A stretch of DNA of 64,000 nt from Malacoraja senta (taxonomy: Eukaryota), in NCBI GenBank assembly GCA_038087875.1, contig JAXLNO010003796.1, positions 558,001 to 622,000 on the forward strand, in the 5' to 3' direction. Position numbers and translations under genes: made by a program. The notes beneath the pieces are model-generated. The model ran no database searches, was not told where the DNA came from, and saw only the letters and a program-made list of their open reading frames with translations. Of the stretch, positions 27,062 to 41,575 are shown piece by piece; position 1 is the first letter of the stretch; each line of letters starts with the position of its first letter.

Positions 27062-27156
27062 AAGGTAGACAAAAATGCTGGAGAAATTCAGTGGGTGAGC
27101 AGCATCTAAGGAGCGAAGGAATAGGTGACGTTTCGGGTCGAGACCCTTCTTCAGAC
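27062..27156 (-). mobile_element. Short Penelope-derived element with intact minimal hammerhead core
   Basis: Minus strand 27154-27127 reads CTGAAGA-A-GGGTCTCGACCC-GAAAC-GTC. Flanked by TCA(T)nAA on both sides. Confidence 0.8.
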
Positions 27157-27967
27157 TCATTTTTTAATGAATCCAAAAAACTAACAAGCTGAGTAACCAA
27201 AACCTCTAATATGAATGAATATGTGTCTATCCTAGTCAAAGTACAGATGTGAACTGGATCTTTGATAATTGATGATCAAGTGTTTTTAATAGTTTGACTC
27301 CAAAAGTGATCCTAATATGAACAAGCTAATGCAAGGAACAGGCTCCAGGAATATTACTTGTTGAGAAATAAAAGTTTAATTTAGTATGACGTCAAGAAGG
27401 ACACATGTAGATATCTTTGATTTTTGAACATATTTCCTTTCATAATTAAAATTATGGAATTGTGCCATTACCCAATAAAATTATTGGTGATTATTCTTTT
27501 CAGCGTATTAGTTTTTGGATGTCAGGAATGTCATCTTTTTATTCAAGATATGTCGGTTTTAAGGTATTTTTATATCAGCAAATCTGGACAGTAACATCAT
27601 GCTGGCTTTGCTCTGTATGGTCACATACTGTTTTCTGTCAGCCACTGTCCAAGCAAATCTGACAACAGATCAAAAGATATAAGCTTTTTTTTTGCCGATG
27701 GCAGATAAATATGCCTTTTTAAATCTTTCTGTATAGCTGACAGAAGGAAAACATACTTTAGTAGAGAACTTCACTCTTGTAATGTTAAGACCTTATGACA
27801 TTGTTCATATATGTTTAGATGGCCAATTCAGTGTAAGTAGATTTTTTAAAAAGCCTAATTCATGCTTCATCTGATAAATGACATGAAGTTACAAAACTGC
27901 ATTTTTGCATGGTATATGGTGCATTGAACAAGATGGTTGAGAAGAAACTGTATGTTAACTAATGTGT

Positions 27968-27987
27968 ATTTTTCTCCTACCCTGCAG
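27968..27987 (+). promoter_or_regulatory. FLRT1: Splice acceptor of the FLRT1 coding exon
   Basis: Polypyrimidine tract atttttctcctaccctgCAG ending at 27987, 54 nt upstream of the ATG at 28042. Confidence 0.75.
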
Positions 27988-28041
27988 ATTATAAGTGGGC
28001 AAAAATATAAAATTTCCAATCTCCATATGCTGCTACAAACA

Positions 28042-29973
28042 ATGGATTTCAAAATTTGTTTGCTATTCTGCGTTACCATACCAGCACTGCTAATGCCAAG
28101 AGTTCTATCTACTTGTCCTTCTATGTGTCGATGTGACAATGGATTTGTTTACTGCAATGATCGTGGCTTGACATCAATTCCTGCCAAACTACCAGAAGAC
28201 TCCACAACTCTTTTCCTACAAAATAACCAGATTAACAATGCTGGAATTCCAAACCAACTGAAGATTCTATTGACCATAAAAGTGATTTACCTTTATGAAA
28301 ATGCTTTGGATGAGTTTCCAATAAACCTCCCCAGATCACTGAAAGAGCTGCATCTTCAGGACAACAACATTAGAGCCATTACTCACGATGCACTCGCAAG
28401 AATTCCTTTGTTGGAAAAGTTACATTTGGATGATAATTCAGTGTCCACAGTTAGCATTGAGGAAGACGCTTTTGCTGACAGTAAGCACCTTAAATTGCTT
28501 TTTTTGTCAAGGAACCATCTCAGCAGCATCCCAACTGGTCTTCCTAAAACACTGGAAGAATTGAGATTGGATGACAACCGGATTGCAACCATTCCACAGT
28601 ATGCATTCAAAGGTTTGATCAATTTGAGGCGCTTGGTATTGGATGGCAATCTTTTAGCTAATCAAAGAATTGCAGATGAGACTTTCAGTAGACTTCAAAA
28701 TTTGACTGAACTTTCATTGATCAGAAACTCTCTGAGTTTTCCACCATCAAAACTACCTGGTTCAAATTTACAAAAGCTGTATCTTCAAGATAACCTCATT
28801 AGCTACATTCCACCCAATGCTTTTTCTAAAATGAGACAGATACAGAGACTGGATATCTCAAATAACAATTTAACAAATTTGCCCAAAGGAGTCTTTGATG
28901 ACTTGGTGAACTTGAGTCAGCTACTCTTACGCAACAATCCTTGGTACTGTGGCTGCAAGATGATGTGGCTAAAAGACTGGTTACAAACAACTGCATTTCA
29001 TGTCAATGTGAGAGGGTTGATGTGCCAAGGCCCAGATAAAGTTCGAGGAATGGCAGTCAAAGACATCAAAACAGAAATGAATGAGTGTTTTGAGATTGGA
29101 TTGCATGGTGGCAATACAGCTCTGAAGACAACCCCAATTGTATATACAATAACTGCCACTCAAGGATTACAATTCACATATAAACCAAGGCGACCATATC
29201 TTAAGTCACCAGATTTTGACGTGGACCATCCTTTGTCAGGAGGGTCAGAAACAAAACCAATAACCATTAACGTTATGCCTTTAACTGCTGATAGTATTCG
29301 TATAACATGGAGGGCAATATTGCCAGTCACATCCTTCAGGCTTAGTTGGCTTAGACTTGATCATAACCCATCAGTTGGGTCCATCACTGAAACCTTGGTA
29401 CAAGGAGATCAAACTGAATATCTTCTCACAGCTCTTGAACCTAAGTCAACCTACATCATCTGCATGGTAACAATGGAAGCCAGCAATTTTTATGTAAGAG
29501 ATGAGACTCCAGTCTGTGCTAAAGCAGAGACCGCTGATCTATATAGTTCTACTACAACACTAAACAGGGAGCAAGAAGAATCGGACCATGTAGCCTTTCC
29601 ACTCGCTGGGATTATTGGAGGTGCCTCAGCCTTAGTTTTTATTATTGTTGTCCTTGCTGCATTCTGCTGCTATATCAACAACAATAGGAATGTTTTCTCA
29701 CAGGATCAACCATACAATAGAGGTTGTAGGAAAAAGGATGACTATGCAGAAGCAGGGACAAAGAAAGATAATTCCATTTTAGAAATCAGAGGGAGTGGGT
29801 TTCAGATGATTCCACTCAATAACCAACAGCGACCAAAGGAGGAATATGTCATTCACACCATATTTCCATCCAATGGGACAAGTCTTTACAAGAACAGTCA
29901 TAGTACAGCACTTGGCAGTAACCGAGGTTACAGAGACGGTGGTATACCAGATGCCGAATACTCTTACACGTGA
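28042..29973 (+). CDS. FLRT1: Fibronectin leucine-rich transmembrane protein 1 (single coding exon, 643 aa; alternative in-frame ATG at 28027)
   Basis: Signal peptide, LRRNT ([23 protein letters not shown]), LRR array, LRRCT (NPWYCGC), FN3, TM helix and tail [20 protein letters not shown]...[15 protein letters not shown]. Paralog-diagnostic FLRT1 segments ([30 protein letters not shown]; NQRIAD). Strong Kozak context acaATGg. Confidence 0.95.
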   Translation: MDFKICLLFCVTIPALLMPRVLSTCPSMCRCDNGFVYCNDRGLTSIPAKLPEDSTTLFLQNNQINNAGIPNQLKILLTIKVIYLYENALDEFPINLPRSLKELHLQDNNIRAITHDALARIPLLEKLHLDDNSVSTVSIEEDAFADSKHLKLLFLSRNHLSSIPTGLPKTLEELRLDDNRIATIPQYAFKGLINLRRLVLDGNLLANQRIADETFSRLQNLTELSLIRNSLSFPPSKLPGSNLQKLYLQDNLISYIPPNAFSKMRQIQRLDISNNNLTNLPKGVFDDLVNLSQLLLRNNPWYCGCKMMWLKDWLQTTAFHVNVRGLMCQGPDKVRGMAVKDIKTEMNECFEIGLHGGNTALKTTPIVYTITATQGLQFTYKPRRPYLKSPDFDVDHPLSGGSETKPITINVMPLTADSIRITWRAILPVTSFRLSWLRLDHNPSVGSITETLVQGDQTEYLLTALEPKSTYIICMVTMEASNFYVRDETPVCAKAETADLYSSTTTLNREQEESDHVAFPLAGIIGGASALVFIIVVLAAFCCYINNNRNVFSQDQPYNRGCRKKDDYAEAGTKKDNSILEIRGSGFQMIPLNNQQRPKEEYVIHTIFPSNGTSLYKNSHSTALGSNRGYRDGGIPDAEYSYT

Positions 29974-32900
29974 TTGCAGTGATGCTTCCCTGCATTATTA
30001 TCTCCAATGCACTGCTAAACAAAAGATATGTAAAAATAAAATCATAAAAACCATTAGGGACAAAACACAAAGTCCAGCAGAATATGCCTGGCACGATATT
30101 TTGTACATTTGTCATATAATTTATATTTAATATGCTTAAAAGATTAAAAAAGCTGGATATTTAGAAAGAAAACACAGCTTCCTAATTGTATTCAAGCCAG
30201 TCTTTCGTTCGCATTTTGACTAGAAGTGGGATTAAGAATGAACAGCCTACTCTGGAATCATCAGGCAGTCTAAAGACTACCAAGTTTTTTGATTGTCAAA
30301 CAGGTAAACAACGTAGATTTTTTTTTATCAATCAGTCTTTCCCACCACTTTGAAGATTTACTCAATATGGTCCAACAAGAGGCTATTTACATGCACACAT
30401 ATATTTACAATATAAATCCGTTTCTTTGTGCAGGATTTAAATATTCCCCACACTTCCAGTAATTCCATCTGTTGATGCTATGTTTTCCTTATTTCTGTGG
30501 TGTTTTAAAAGAGGAAACTCGTTTTAAAATATTTAGTTCTTTATGACATTTTAAGAGCTTTTTGTAATTGGGAAAAGAGACAGAATTTTAAGATAATTCT
30601 GCTGAAACATTCTTTTAAAATTCAAGTTAGAAATTTGTGTATTGTAAAAATAAAGATCTAGATTGTGAATTACATGTCCTTAGATGTCACATCAAATGGA
30701 TGTAATATAGGTATCTGACCTGCGATGCTGTTTATTTTTCTCCTCAACTTAAATTTCTGAGGACTACTGCGGGGAAAATGGCAAAAATTGCAACTAAAAT
30801 GAATTGTTTTCCCAAAAGCAAATTTTGCAATTAATTTGAATAACTATGAGTCTGTTTTGTTCTGTAGTACATTTATTCCGACAACACAAAGTGTAGAAAA
30901 TTGACATGTCGTGGTGTATTTGGACACGGTTTAGCCAAAACTCTCTGCCATAAATGTGATCTCCTGCTTCCTATGCGATAAATGCTCCTTGGTTTTGAAG
31001 AAAGTAATACCATTTCAACAACGACCAGTAAAACTAAATATTGGAAGGGTTAATAGTATTTTCTCCTTATAATAAATTAAATTGAATGTTGCGAAAAGAA
31101 CAAATTCAAACTAAAGCAAACCTAGGATGGTGTTAAATATTTTATTAGATGATAAAAGGCTACATTTTTCATGGAAAATATGTCCCAAGTTACCACAAAC
31201 ATACAAGTGTATTACCTACAGCTAACCTAAGAATCTGAGTCTCAAATTCTTCACTGTAATGTCAGCCTTTTGGCTTCTGTATGGTGGTCATCCAGAAATC
31301 CGTTTTTATATACAGAGAATTCCTTCAGGGAATTTTTACTGAAAGGAAAGATTTTAACTGTTCACAAAAGTCTTCATTTGATCACTGTAAATCAATGGTA
31401 AGGTTTCCTGAACATTTGAACTGATAGTCTCAAATCTATACGTGCCAGATGCATTCATAAACTGGATTGACAATTAGCAGAAATAATATGAAAATCACAA
31501 AAGTTTGCCTGTAAATATATTTTTCAATTTATCATGATCAAGTTACAACTGATCTTTTAAATAAATCCTCTTCTTAAAATGTAAAATGTTCTAATATTTG
31601 TGTGACCCTAAATATATTAAATTGGTCATTTCTATTTCCAGACTAATGATGGTGTCATTGTAGTTATATCATCTAACCTTTCATTTCTCTGCTCTAATTT
31701 GTTTTTAAATAACCATAAAGTATTGATTTATTTTAAATCAGACAATTTGAATGAGAATATTAACTACAGTTTTTTTCACTTCCATCCTACCTCCACAACC
31801 CCAGTAGTTTTAAATTACTTTCGGAATTGTAATTAGAAAGGTTAACAAAAAGTAATAGAATGTTGTCAAGACTGGCAGGGTATGATTTGCATTCTGGATA
31901 GGCTCGATATTCTGCACTTTGACTACTTGGATAATGACATGTACATGATAATTTCAGATATCTAGATATCTGTCTGTCACTCAATTGAGCCCAGATCAAA
32001 AGCAGAACCACCCAACTAACTTGCCTACTATACGAATGTAAGCATTTATACTAAAACTGTAATAAACACCCAAGCTAAAATGTTTGTTAAAAATGCTTCA
32101 CTTTAACAAACCATTTAATAAAACGTTATGTAAAATGTTTATCTCAGCCACCCAGAATATAATTAAAATGCAGTGCATAGTGCAGGGAGTAGAGTGCATA
32201 AAATAAAATATTGATTCTAATTCGCAGCACCATTCAAGAGCGATGTAAATGTACAGGTTTAAACTGAGAGCACACCTCATTGTTGTGCGATACATTTTCA
32301 AAATGAGAAAAACGAGCTACCAGCAATCTTTGCAGCATCACTCTCCTACACAGGAAAGCTGCCAATATTTCCACCAGATTGATTTACAAATTATCCTAAG
32401 CAGTCAAGCATGAATAATGACTTGCTCCGATGTTACTTGCAGATCTGAACATCCAGCATTCTCGACTTTGTCAATGCAGTTTTAGAGCATGTACTGCAAG
32501 CAAAATCTATTATGTCACCCATCCTTTTGATTCATGCTTTTGCTTCATTATTTTGCAAATCTTATGCTATGAACAGTAACTGTTCCACCATTAATTAAAC
32601 TGAAAATGAATTTGATCCTTATGTGTCACAGGGAATTACAAAGCTGGCCATCTTAGTGAACAACAAGGAATGAAGCTCTTCTGTGATATGACTGATTTTA
32701 CCAAAAAATGGTGCTTCTCGCATTTGGCAAACAAAGTACAGGAGTAGGTAGCAAAGAGCACCCCTTGGCATAGGTGCCATTGTATTTTATTAAGCAGAGT
32801 CATCTCCCATCTAGAAAGGAAAGGAAAATTAGACTTTTTAAAAATTAATTTTCTTTGTTTGGAAATGCAGAGGGAAATGTATTTAATATCTGATATGGCA

Positions 32901-35639
32901 TGGAGCATAGACATTTCACATACTCTGCTTTATGATTTTCTTCACTTATCCTTTCCTGATTAGTTAATCTCCTCCCTAAATATTTCTGTTCCATAAAAAC
33001 TATCTGTTTGACCAAGCTTTCTGTCCTTACATGGCTTGGTGCCAAACATTGTTTGATAACACTCCTATAAAAGACCTTGGGACATTTTGCAATGTTAATG
33101 GAATTACATAAACACAAATCATTATTGTTAAAGGAAATAATGATTGATTCAGCCGTTCTCCTGCCACCCTTACTCCTCCATACTGAAAATCCCTTCCCAG
33201 CATGACTCCAGACATCTTTTACCAGTCATATCTGGTAGATATTGTTTTTCGTTAGACAGATTACATCTCTGACAACCATCATAGGTATTTCACATGTATT
33301 TTGAAATAGCACAGCACTACTCATCGGTAAGCTAAATTACAGAGTATTTTCTCTGACCTTCCAATCTCATCACACCAAATGTAAAATATCCCATGTTCAG
33401 CAAATAATTATCATGGCTAAATGCACTATTAACAATGATCACAATACATGGTAACAAAGTGACAACTTGGTTAACATGGAAAAGTTGGCTGAAGCATCTG
33501 TTTCCAAGCTGTTTAGCTCTGACTGGCCTAATAATCAAAGTAACTGACCTAATAATCAAACCCACCAGAACTGTAATAGAATTTAAACTTTTTTTTTTAA
33601 CCATGCAGGATTTTACTATGTTACCATGAAACGGCTCAATTAGGTCACTAAAACCCCTTGTGTCGGGAAACAGTTTTTATGCTACATACTCAACTTCCAG
33701 TCTCACCTCAGCAGGGTTGAATTATAACTGCTCTCTGACCTAACAAAGAGGGAGGACAATTGGGGATGAGCTACAAATGTTTACATTGTCAGCAATGGCT
33801 AGGTTCTTAGAATTAAAATACTACATCTAAGTTTTAGATTTTCTTTTTTAGCATCAAATCTCAGTACTTAGTCTTGTTTCCACTCCTAATCTGCGTCATT
33901 TTACTTCCTATTTGGGTTTCATTTAATATAAGGAGAAACAATGCATTACAAATCAGGTCTTAATTTAGCAGAGTATCAGCTCCTGGTAGTTTGCCACTTT
34001 AACCAGTTAACAGTGTCACCAGAACACCATTACAAATTTGTATTGCCAATACAATTTGCCATTCTACAACAGGGCTATGCTATTTCGAATTTAAATTATC
34101 TTCTGGTACATGGATATGTCATTCAGAATCAACTGGTCATACAAGTATTCTTTGCAGAAATGATTCCTTAATTTCAACAAAACAATTGTATTTTCCACAA
34201 TGCAAATTCCTGATGATAAAATTGCTTAAAAATTCAAAAGCAAACATACATCAAAATCCTATCTAGAGTATACACTGTTCTGTGAAAAAGTAGGTGTCAT
34301 CCTGCTTATAAAGTATTCTTTTCATTACTGTCCCAAGATTGATATGAATCTAATGTTAGTAGTAGAGGAGTCCAGTTAGAATATGAAGTAGTGGTCACTG
34401 TAGGAAGATGCAGCTGACTGCAGAAATAACCTGGTCTGTGCCTACTCACCTCTCTCATGCTATACTGGATGAATGCCTACATTGGCAAAGAACAGCTCCA
34501 GAATTAATGTTTTAAAATTAGTCAAAAAGGGGATATGAACAAAATATAACAAATTATTAAGAAGCCAAGGTGAATTATTGCCCGCATCCAATACGCTGGT
34601 TAAAGCTGAGTGCACAACTTAAAGAACAAAGAATGAACATGTGAAAATGCAGTTCAAAGGACATGGAAGCAAATACTGGAACTGCGGAAATATTACCTTT
34701 CTGCGAGGAGTTAACTATCAAAAGATTAATTAATATTATTAGCTCTGGCATCTACTGTCTTATGTGAATAATTATGTTCCACATGAGACAATAAATCATA
34801 AGGAGCAGGTTAATTAGTTAAGCTCAATCGTCATTATATATTTTTAAATGGTCACTTCTTTTTCATTCTCTAAATGTTGTATTGTTTAAGGTTGGCTTGC
34901 TGTGTTTTGACAAGAATTGCTACATGGAAAAAAGGATTTTCAGAAGACAAAACCAAAGTGCATTGTGAAGCCCTTTGGCCTCTTTTTGTAGGTGCCTTGA
35001 AATTTCAATGTTAAATGTGTGTTCAAGCTGAAACATGCTGACCCTTTCCTTGTAAATACAAATGTGAAAATTTCCTTGTTATCTTCAAAATAAATTGTTT
35101 TTTAAATACAGCCGGAGTTTACTGTTATCACTGCTAACAGCTTTGTCAATTATATATTTCTTTAAAGTCTCTCCATATTACATAAATGAAATATTTGTGC
35201 ACTGGTGCCAAATTCTATTGTTTATGATAGTAAATGAGGTCATTTCCACTTACATTAGCAGCTGTTAAATCAGTGCAGGTTGTGAATGCATTTTCTCCTG
35301 TGTCTGTAAGAAATTCCTGCCCATTATCACCCAACCCCTTAACAAATTCCACCCTCAATTCTTGTCATTCAATCCACTGACTCATTCCAAACCTTATTCT
35401 CCCTTCCAATATGTTTTAATGTTGTTAGGTTCCAAATCGTACCCCTACTACTCCGTGTTTAAATCTTCCCAAGTTTCTACCCATATTTAGGATGAATGGC
35501 ATACTCTGTGAAAATGGCGCACAATGTAACCTAACATCTTCTCTCATGACATTGAGTCAAATTTTATCTCATAAAAGCTCCTATAGATTTCTTTGTTATG
35601 TTTTGCCACGTTAAAGATGGTATGTAAATACAAATTATA

Positions 35640-35962
35640 GTTTAGATTAGTTTAGTTATAATTACATTTAGTTTAGTTTAGTGATACAGCGTGGAAACAG
35701 GCCCTTCGGCCCACCGAGTCCGCAGCGATCCCCGCACACTAACACTATCCCCCACACACTAGGGACAATTTACAATTATACCAAGCCAATTAACCTACAA
35801 ACATGTACGTCTTTGGAGTGTGCGAGGAAACCAAAGATCTCAGAGAAAACCCACGCAGGTCAAGGGGAGAACGTACAAACTACGTACAGACAACACCCGT
35901 AGTCAGGATCGAACCCGGGTCTCTGGCGCCATAAGGCCGTAACTCTGCTGCTAGGCCTCCGT
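35640..35962 (-). mobile_element. tRNA-derived V-SINE
   Basis: Reverse complement of the 8845 family. B box gggttcgatcc, antisense (tttag)n tail. Confidence 0.85.
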
Positions 35963-36859
35963 GCCCAAGTCCCATACTTGGGTAAAATATGCTCACACGC
36001 AGTCTTCTGCAAAAGTCACTAGATACTAATTAGGAGCCAGAGCCTAACTTACTCCGTACAACAAAGACATGGAGACCAATTTCACGGCTCCATTTATGGG
36101 TCAAGTGATAATCAGCTAATGCAGAACAGCCTAAGGTTTAAAATTGGGATCCTATTGATCCTCTTACTAGGTTGTGCCTTTATTTGTGAAGGCTAGAAAA
36201 TGTAGTTTCCCAGGGAAGCTCCCCAATCAGTGTCTAGACTCAGATTAAAATCAAGGAAATAGATAGCCATTTGAAAGATTTGCGAAAGAAGCAATGCTCT
36301 GCTGCTGCTCAAACAAACTAACTCAATGTGTACTGCATTTCTAAATGCAGTTGATAGCAAAAAAAAACATGAAATGATTTTGGCTTTGAATGTGAAAGTG
36401 CCTTTGGATGGTTTGGCAATATTTCAGAAGTGAACAAATCAGTAAGTCAAATCCCACAACTCCAAAGTAATATAGTAATATAACATAACCTTCAACTAAA
36501 TTGCATAATTTTTTTTAATAAATCTAAAATAATGATGACACAGACAACTTTAAAAGACCATTTACAACTGTACAGTCTTGGCCCAGCCATTTAGCATAAA
36601 AATCATTAAAAGCACAGAATAATGAAAACTACAGCAGCTAAAAGAGGAATATTATCATTATGATATAATTCTTTATGTCCAATGACAGTACTGGAGAAAG
36701 ATTTGAGGGTGAGATGGCATGGTGTGGAACCATAAATCATGGAAAAAGACGTTATATTGGTCAACAATTATCTGTTGACATAGGGGGTCATTCGGTTCAA
36801 GTTATTTATCTTTGATCATATATCTGTAAAAATACTTGGATAGCATTTGATTAGATAAT

Positions 36860-37080
36860 GGGGTTTTATCCCCCTAACAGAAGTCTAAAAGTAAGATTTA
36901 AAGTAAGGATTAAGAGGGTTAGAAGGTATCTGAGGACATATTTTAATTCAGATGGGATGCACTCACTGCCTGACAAGATGCTGGAGGCAGGTACTCTCAC
37001 AACTTTGAAGTATCTGGACACCCACTTGAATTTTTAGGCCATAGGAGGCTATGGACCAAGTGGTGGTACGTGGGATTGGA
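36860..37080 (+). mobile_element. CR1 3' end, old
   Basis: cactgcctgacaagatgctggaggcaggtactctcacaac...ggctatggaccaagtg. Confidence 0.6.
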
Positions 37081-37409
37081 TACGCTGATTCAAAGAGCCT
37101 GCAGGAGTAACTTAATGTTTTTTCTCTCTACATTGGCACAAGAAAAGACATTATGTTAATCATGAGCTATTTGACTTAACAAGAATGACTACGATCTTTT
37201 CAAATCTTTTTCCATCTTTTCCTGTGGGGGAAATACCTAAACTCGAATCTGTGGGCATCTTACATCTTCAACTATAGTAATATCAGTGGTTCACCAATGG
37301 AGTACCACAAGCATGAACCTATTATTCTTTGGCACCAATTGCCAATCTGAACCTATTGCAAATCTAGACATTGTCATTAAATCACTACATTCTATTCATC
37401 TTTTTAGAC

Positions 37410-37690
37410 TCATACAGCATGAAAAAATGTTCTTCAGTCCACCAAGTCAATGTTAACCATCAAGCACCCATTTACACTAATCCTACATTAATCCAATTTT
37501 CATCTCCTCCCATTCTCATCTACTCCTCATGATTCTTTCATTCACCTACACAAAGTGGCAATTTAACCTATAAACCCATATTTGGTTAACAGGAGGAAAC
37601 CAGAGCACCTGAGGGACGGGTCACAGGGAGAACATGCAAATTCCACACAGACAGCACTGGGGATCAAACCCAGGTTGCTGAAGCTTCAAG
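37410..37690 (-). mobile_element. V-SINE, degenerate
   Basis: ggaggaaaccagagcacc...gggagaacatgcaaattccacacagacagcac is the antisense V domain. Confidence 0.7.
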
Positions 37691-38679
37691 GCAGTCTTTT
37701 TGCTTCTACCCTTTATCATTTTTCAGCCGTTCAAATGATGGATGAAGGCTTGCTAATGCACAACATTACAAGCCTTCATCCAACAGTTGGGTTAGTCTAA
37801 TAGAACATCATTTATGGTATAGCTAATTAGCAAAATATAAAGCAGAAAAACAAAGTTCGGTTGCCAGTGTTTCATTAATTTCGATATAAATTAGGCCTAA
37901 GATATTGTCAGCACAATTCTGTAGCAAATTTTTCAGACACTGTACCAGTAGTAAAATCTATAATTTCTGTACCAAAGTGTACATCAAAGAAAAGTAACGC
38001 ACTATTTGTTAAATTGAACTAATGCTCATTGCTGCAGACTCTCAACCTCAACCCCTCATAACCATCATCTTGTGTTTCCATTTCAACAGTGGCATTCCTG
38101 ACACCATAGAAAAAAAGGCAAAGGCTGCGAAAGGAAGTGAAAATCTGACCCAGCTGATCGTGGAATTTATTCAAAATTCAAAAACCTATGAGATCAGTGA
38201 GCACAGTTCTCACTTCAAAGGAATGCTTAGATAAATGGAACACTTCAATAGGTTTATTGCTGAAGTTCCCATCCTCTAACAGATTAGTTGTGGAAAGCTA
38301 AATGAAACCTCTTATTTTATCTCAATATTACCAAAAAAATTAATGCTTAACGAATCAGCTGGCTCTAATCACACAGAGTAAAGCTCCACAAATAATTTGA
38401 GCAGGAAATAGGGATGTGCATCTTATTCACACACAACAGAACTTCTGAAGAAGAACTAAATTTAAAGGTCTGCAAAGCTTCTCAACCATGGGATACTATC
38501 TTAGCTGCGCAAGTATTAAATTAAAAACAAGATAATACATAAATATAATTTCCTTCTACTATTATGCTCTGGAAATCATTCTACCTTGAATGCTTAAATG
38601 AAAACACAAAATCTCTCAATAAACGTTCCACGGAGCCTGATGCAATCTATCCCTGGTCAATTAGAGAGACAAGAGATAT

Positions 38680-41575
38680 TGGTGGGGTTTAACAGAGATC
38701 TCTGTATCCCCTTTAGCCACAAGCAAGGTTCCAGAGAACTGCAGAATAGCCAATGTTTTCCTTTACTTAAGAAGGGCAAATAGGAACAAACCAGAATTAT
38801 AGGTCAGTGAGACTGCCAGTGAGAACATTCTTAGGGATGGAATCTACTCACATCTGGAAAAGCATTGACTTATGAGGGATAGTCAGCCTGACTTTGTGTG
38901 GGGGAAGGTCATGTCTTACAAACTTGATTGAGTTTGTCGAGCAGCCGATGGACATGATTGATGAGGAGATCGTTGTATATGTATTCAAGAGAGAGTTTGG
39001 TATAGCTCTTAGGGCTAACGGAATCAAGGGATATGGGAACAAAACAGGAACTGATTCTGGATGATCAGCCATGATCATATTGAATGGTGGTGCTGGCTCG
39101 AAGGGCTTAATGGTCTATTGCTATGTTTATACATAGACTTTGGTAAAGCATTGGACAAGGGCCCTCAGAGTCATATGGTCATAAGGTCATAAGGAATATG
39201 AGTGGAATTAGACCATTCGGCCCATCAAGTCTACTCGCCCATTCAATCATGGCTGATCTATCTCTCCATCCTAACCACATTTTCCTGACTTCCCCCCATA
39301 ACCTCTAACACCTGTATTAATCAAGAATCTATCTATCTCTGCCTTAAAAATATCCACTGACTTGGCCTCCACAGCCTTCTGTGGCAAATAATTCCACAGA
39401 TTCACCACCCTCTGACTAAAGAAATGTCTCCTCATCTCCTTCCTAAAATAATGTCCTTTAATTCTAAGGCTATGTCCTCTAGTCCTAGACTCGCCCACTA
39501 GTGGAAACATCATCTCTACGTCCACTCTATCCAAGTCTTTCACTATTCTGCATGTTTCAATGAGGTCCCCCCTCAATATTCTAAACTCCAGCGAGTACAG
39601 GCCCATCATAATTTAAACTACTCATTCCAGAGATAATTCTTGTAAACCTCAACTGGACGCTCTCCAGTGCCAGCACATCCTTCCTCAGATATGGTGCCCA
39701 AAATTGCTCACAATTTACCAAATGCCAAATTTACCAGCGCTTTATAGAGCCTCAGCATTACATCCGTGTTTTTGTATACAAGCCTTCTTGAAATAAATGT
39801 TAGCATTGAGTTTGCTTTCTAGTAAGCTGATCCAAAAGATTAAGGCACCTGGGATCCATGGCGACTTGATAAAGTGGATTCAAAATTGTCTTGGCCATAG
39901 AAGAAGTGGAATGGTGTTATTCTGACTGGAGGTCTGTGACCAGTAGTGTTTCACAGAGGTCAGTGCTGGGGCCTCTACTGTATGTAATTATGATTTGGAC
40001 GAAAATCTAGGTGGGTTGATTATTAAGTTTGCAGATGACACAAACATTTGCAGACCAGTTGAAGTATGGGCAGGGAAATGACAGATGGAGTTTAATCTGA
40101 ATAAGTGTGAGGCTATGCACTTTGGGAAATGCAAGAAGAAAGTAGACTGTAAATGGCTGGAGGACTGTTGTACAGAGAGATCTTGTGGTAGAACATTACT
40201 CTGTGAAAATGGCAACACAAGCAGGTACGGTGGTAAAAACATTGTATGGCGTACTGCCTCCTTCCGTTGGAGCATTAAATAAAAAGTGGGGAAGTCATAT
40301 TGGAGCTGCATAAAACTTGGAGAATTGTGTGAAGTTTTGGTCAATGCAATGCAGAAAGGATATAGAGGTTTTGAAAAGGTTCACCAGGATGTTGCCTGGA
40401 TTTGAGAGAGTTGGCTATAAGAGGTTGAACAAACTTAGCTTGTTTTCTTTGGAGTGTCGGAGGCTGAGGGTCAACCTTACAGAAGTATATATAATTTTCC
40501 CAGGATGAAAATATCAAATTTAGCTTCAGGGTGAGAGGGGGAGACATTAAAAGGAGTTTTATTAGACTTTTTTTTTACACACAAAGTGCTAGGTTTCTGT
40601 AACGTGCTACCAGGGGAAATGGTGGCAATAGATATGGTAGAAATAGAAACATAGAAAAATAGGTGCAGGAGTAGGCCATTTGGCCCTTCATGCCAGCACC
40701 ACCATTCAGTATGATCATGGCTGATCATCAAAAATCAGTACCCCATTCCTGCTTTTTCCCCATATCGCTTGATTCCGTTAGCCCTATGAGCTAAATCTAA
40801 CTCTCTCTTGAAAACATCCAGTGACTTGGCCACTACTGCCTTCTGTGGCAGAGAATTCCACAGATTCATAACTCTCTGGGTGAAAACATTTTTCCTCATC
40901 TCAGTCCTAAATGGCCTATCCCTTATTCTTAAACTGTGTGTGACCCCTGGTTCTGGACTCCCCCAACATCAGGAACATTTTCCCTGCATCTAGCCTGTCC
41001 AATCCCTTAAGAATGTTATATGTTTCTATAAGATCCCCTCTCATCCTTCTAAATTCCAGTGAATACAAGCCCAGTCGACCCATTCTTTCATCATATGTCA
41101 GGCTCGCCATCCCTGGAATTAACCTGTGAACCTATGCTGCACTCCCTCAATAGCAATAATGTCCTTCCTCAAATTAGGAGACCAAAATTGCAAAATCTGA
41201 CACCATTCAGATAATAATCTGTCTTCCTGTTCTTGCCACCAAAGTGGAAAAACTCATATTTATCCACATTATATTGTATCTGCCATGCATCTGCCCACTC
41301 ACCCAACCTATCCAAGTCACCCTGCAACCTCATAGCATCCTCCTCGCAGCTCACACTGCCACCCAGCTTTGTGTCATCTGCAAACTTGAAGATGTTACAT
41401 TTAATTTCCTCATCTAAATCGTTGATATATATTGTTTAGAGACATTTAAACAGGCACATAAACAGACAGGGAATGGAGATATGCAGGCAGGTGTGCAGTT
41501 TAAATTGGCATCATAGTTGGCATAGACATCGCAGGCCAAAGGGCCTGTTCCTGTAATGTACTGATCTATGTTTCA
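38680..41575. mobile_element. Old plus-strand CR1 carrying three nested CR1 insertions (about 38975-39125 +, 39170-39820 -, 40640-41435 -)
   Basis: The host RT motifs (NYRSVRL, YIDFGKALDK, KFADDT, WQMEFN..KCEAMHFG) resume collinearly after each insert. Confidence 0.85.

Noticed and set aside
27937-28026. ORF-track N-terminal extension of FLRT1 (678 aa)
   Set aside because: It starts at a TTG and runs through the polypyrimidine tract and acceptor, so the first 51 nt are intronic.
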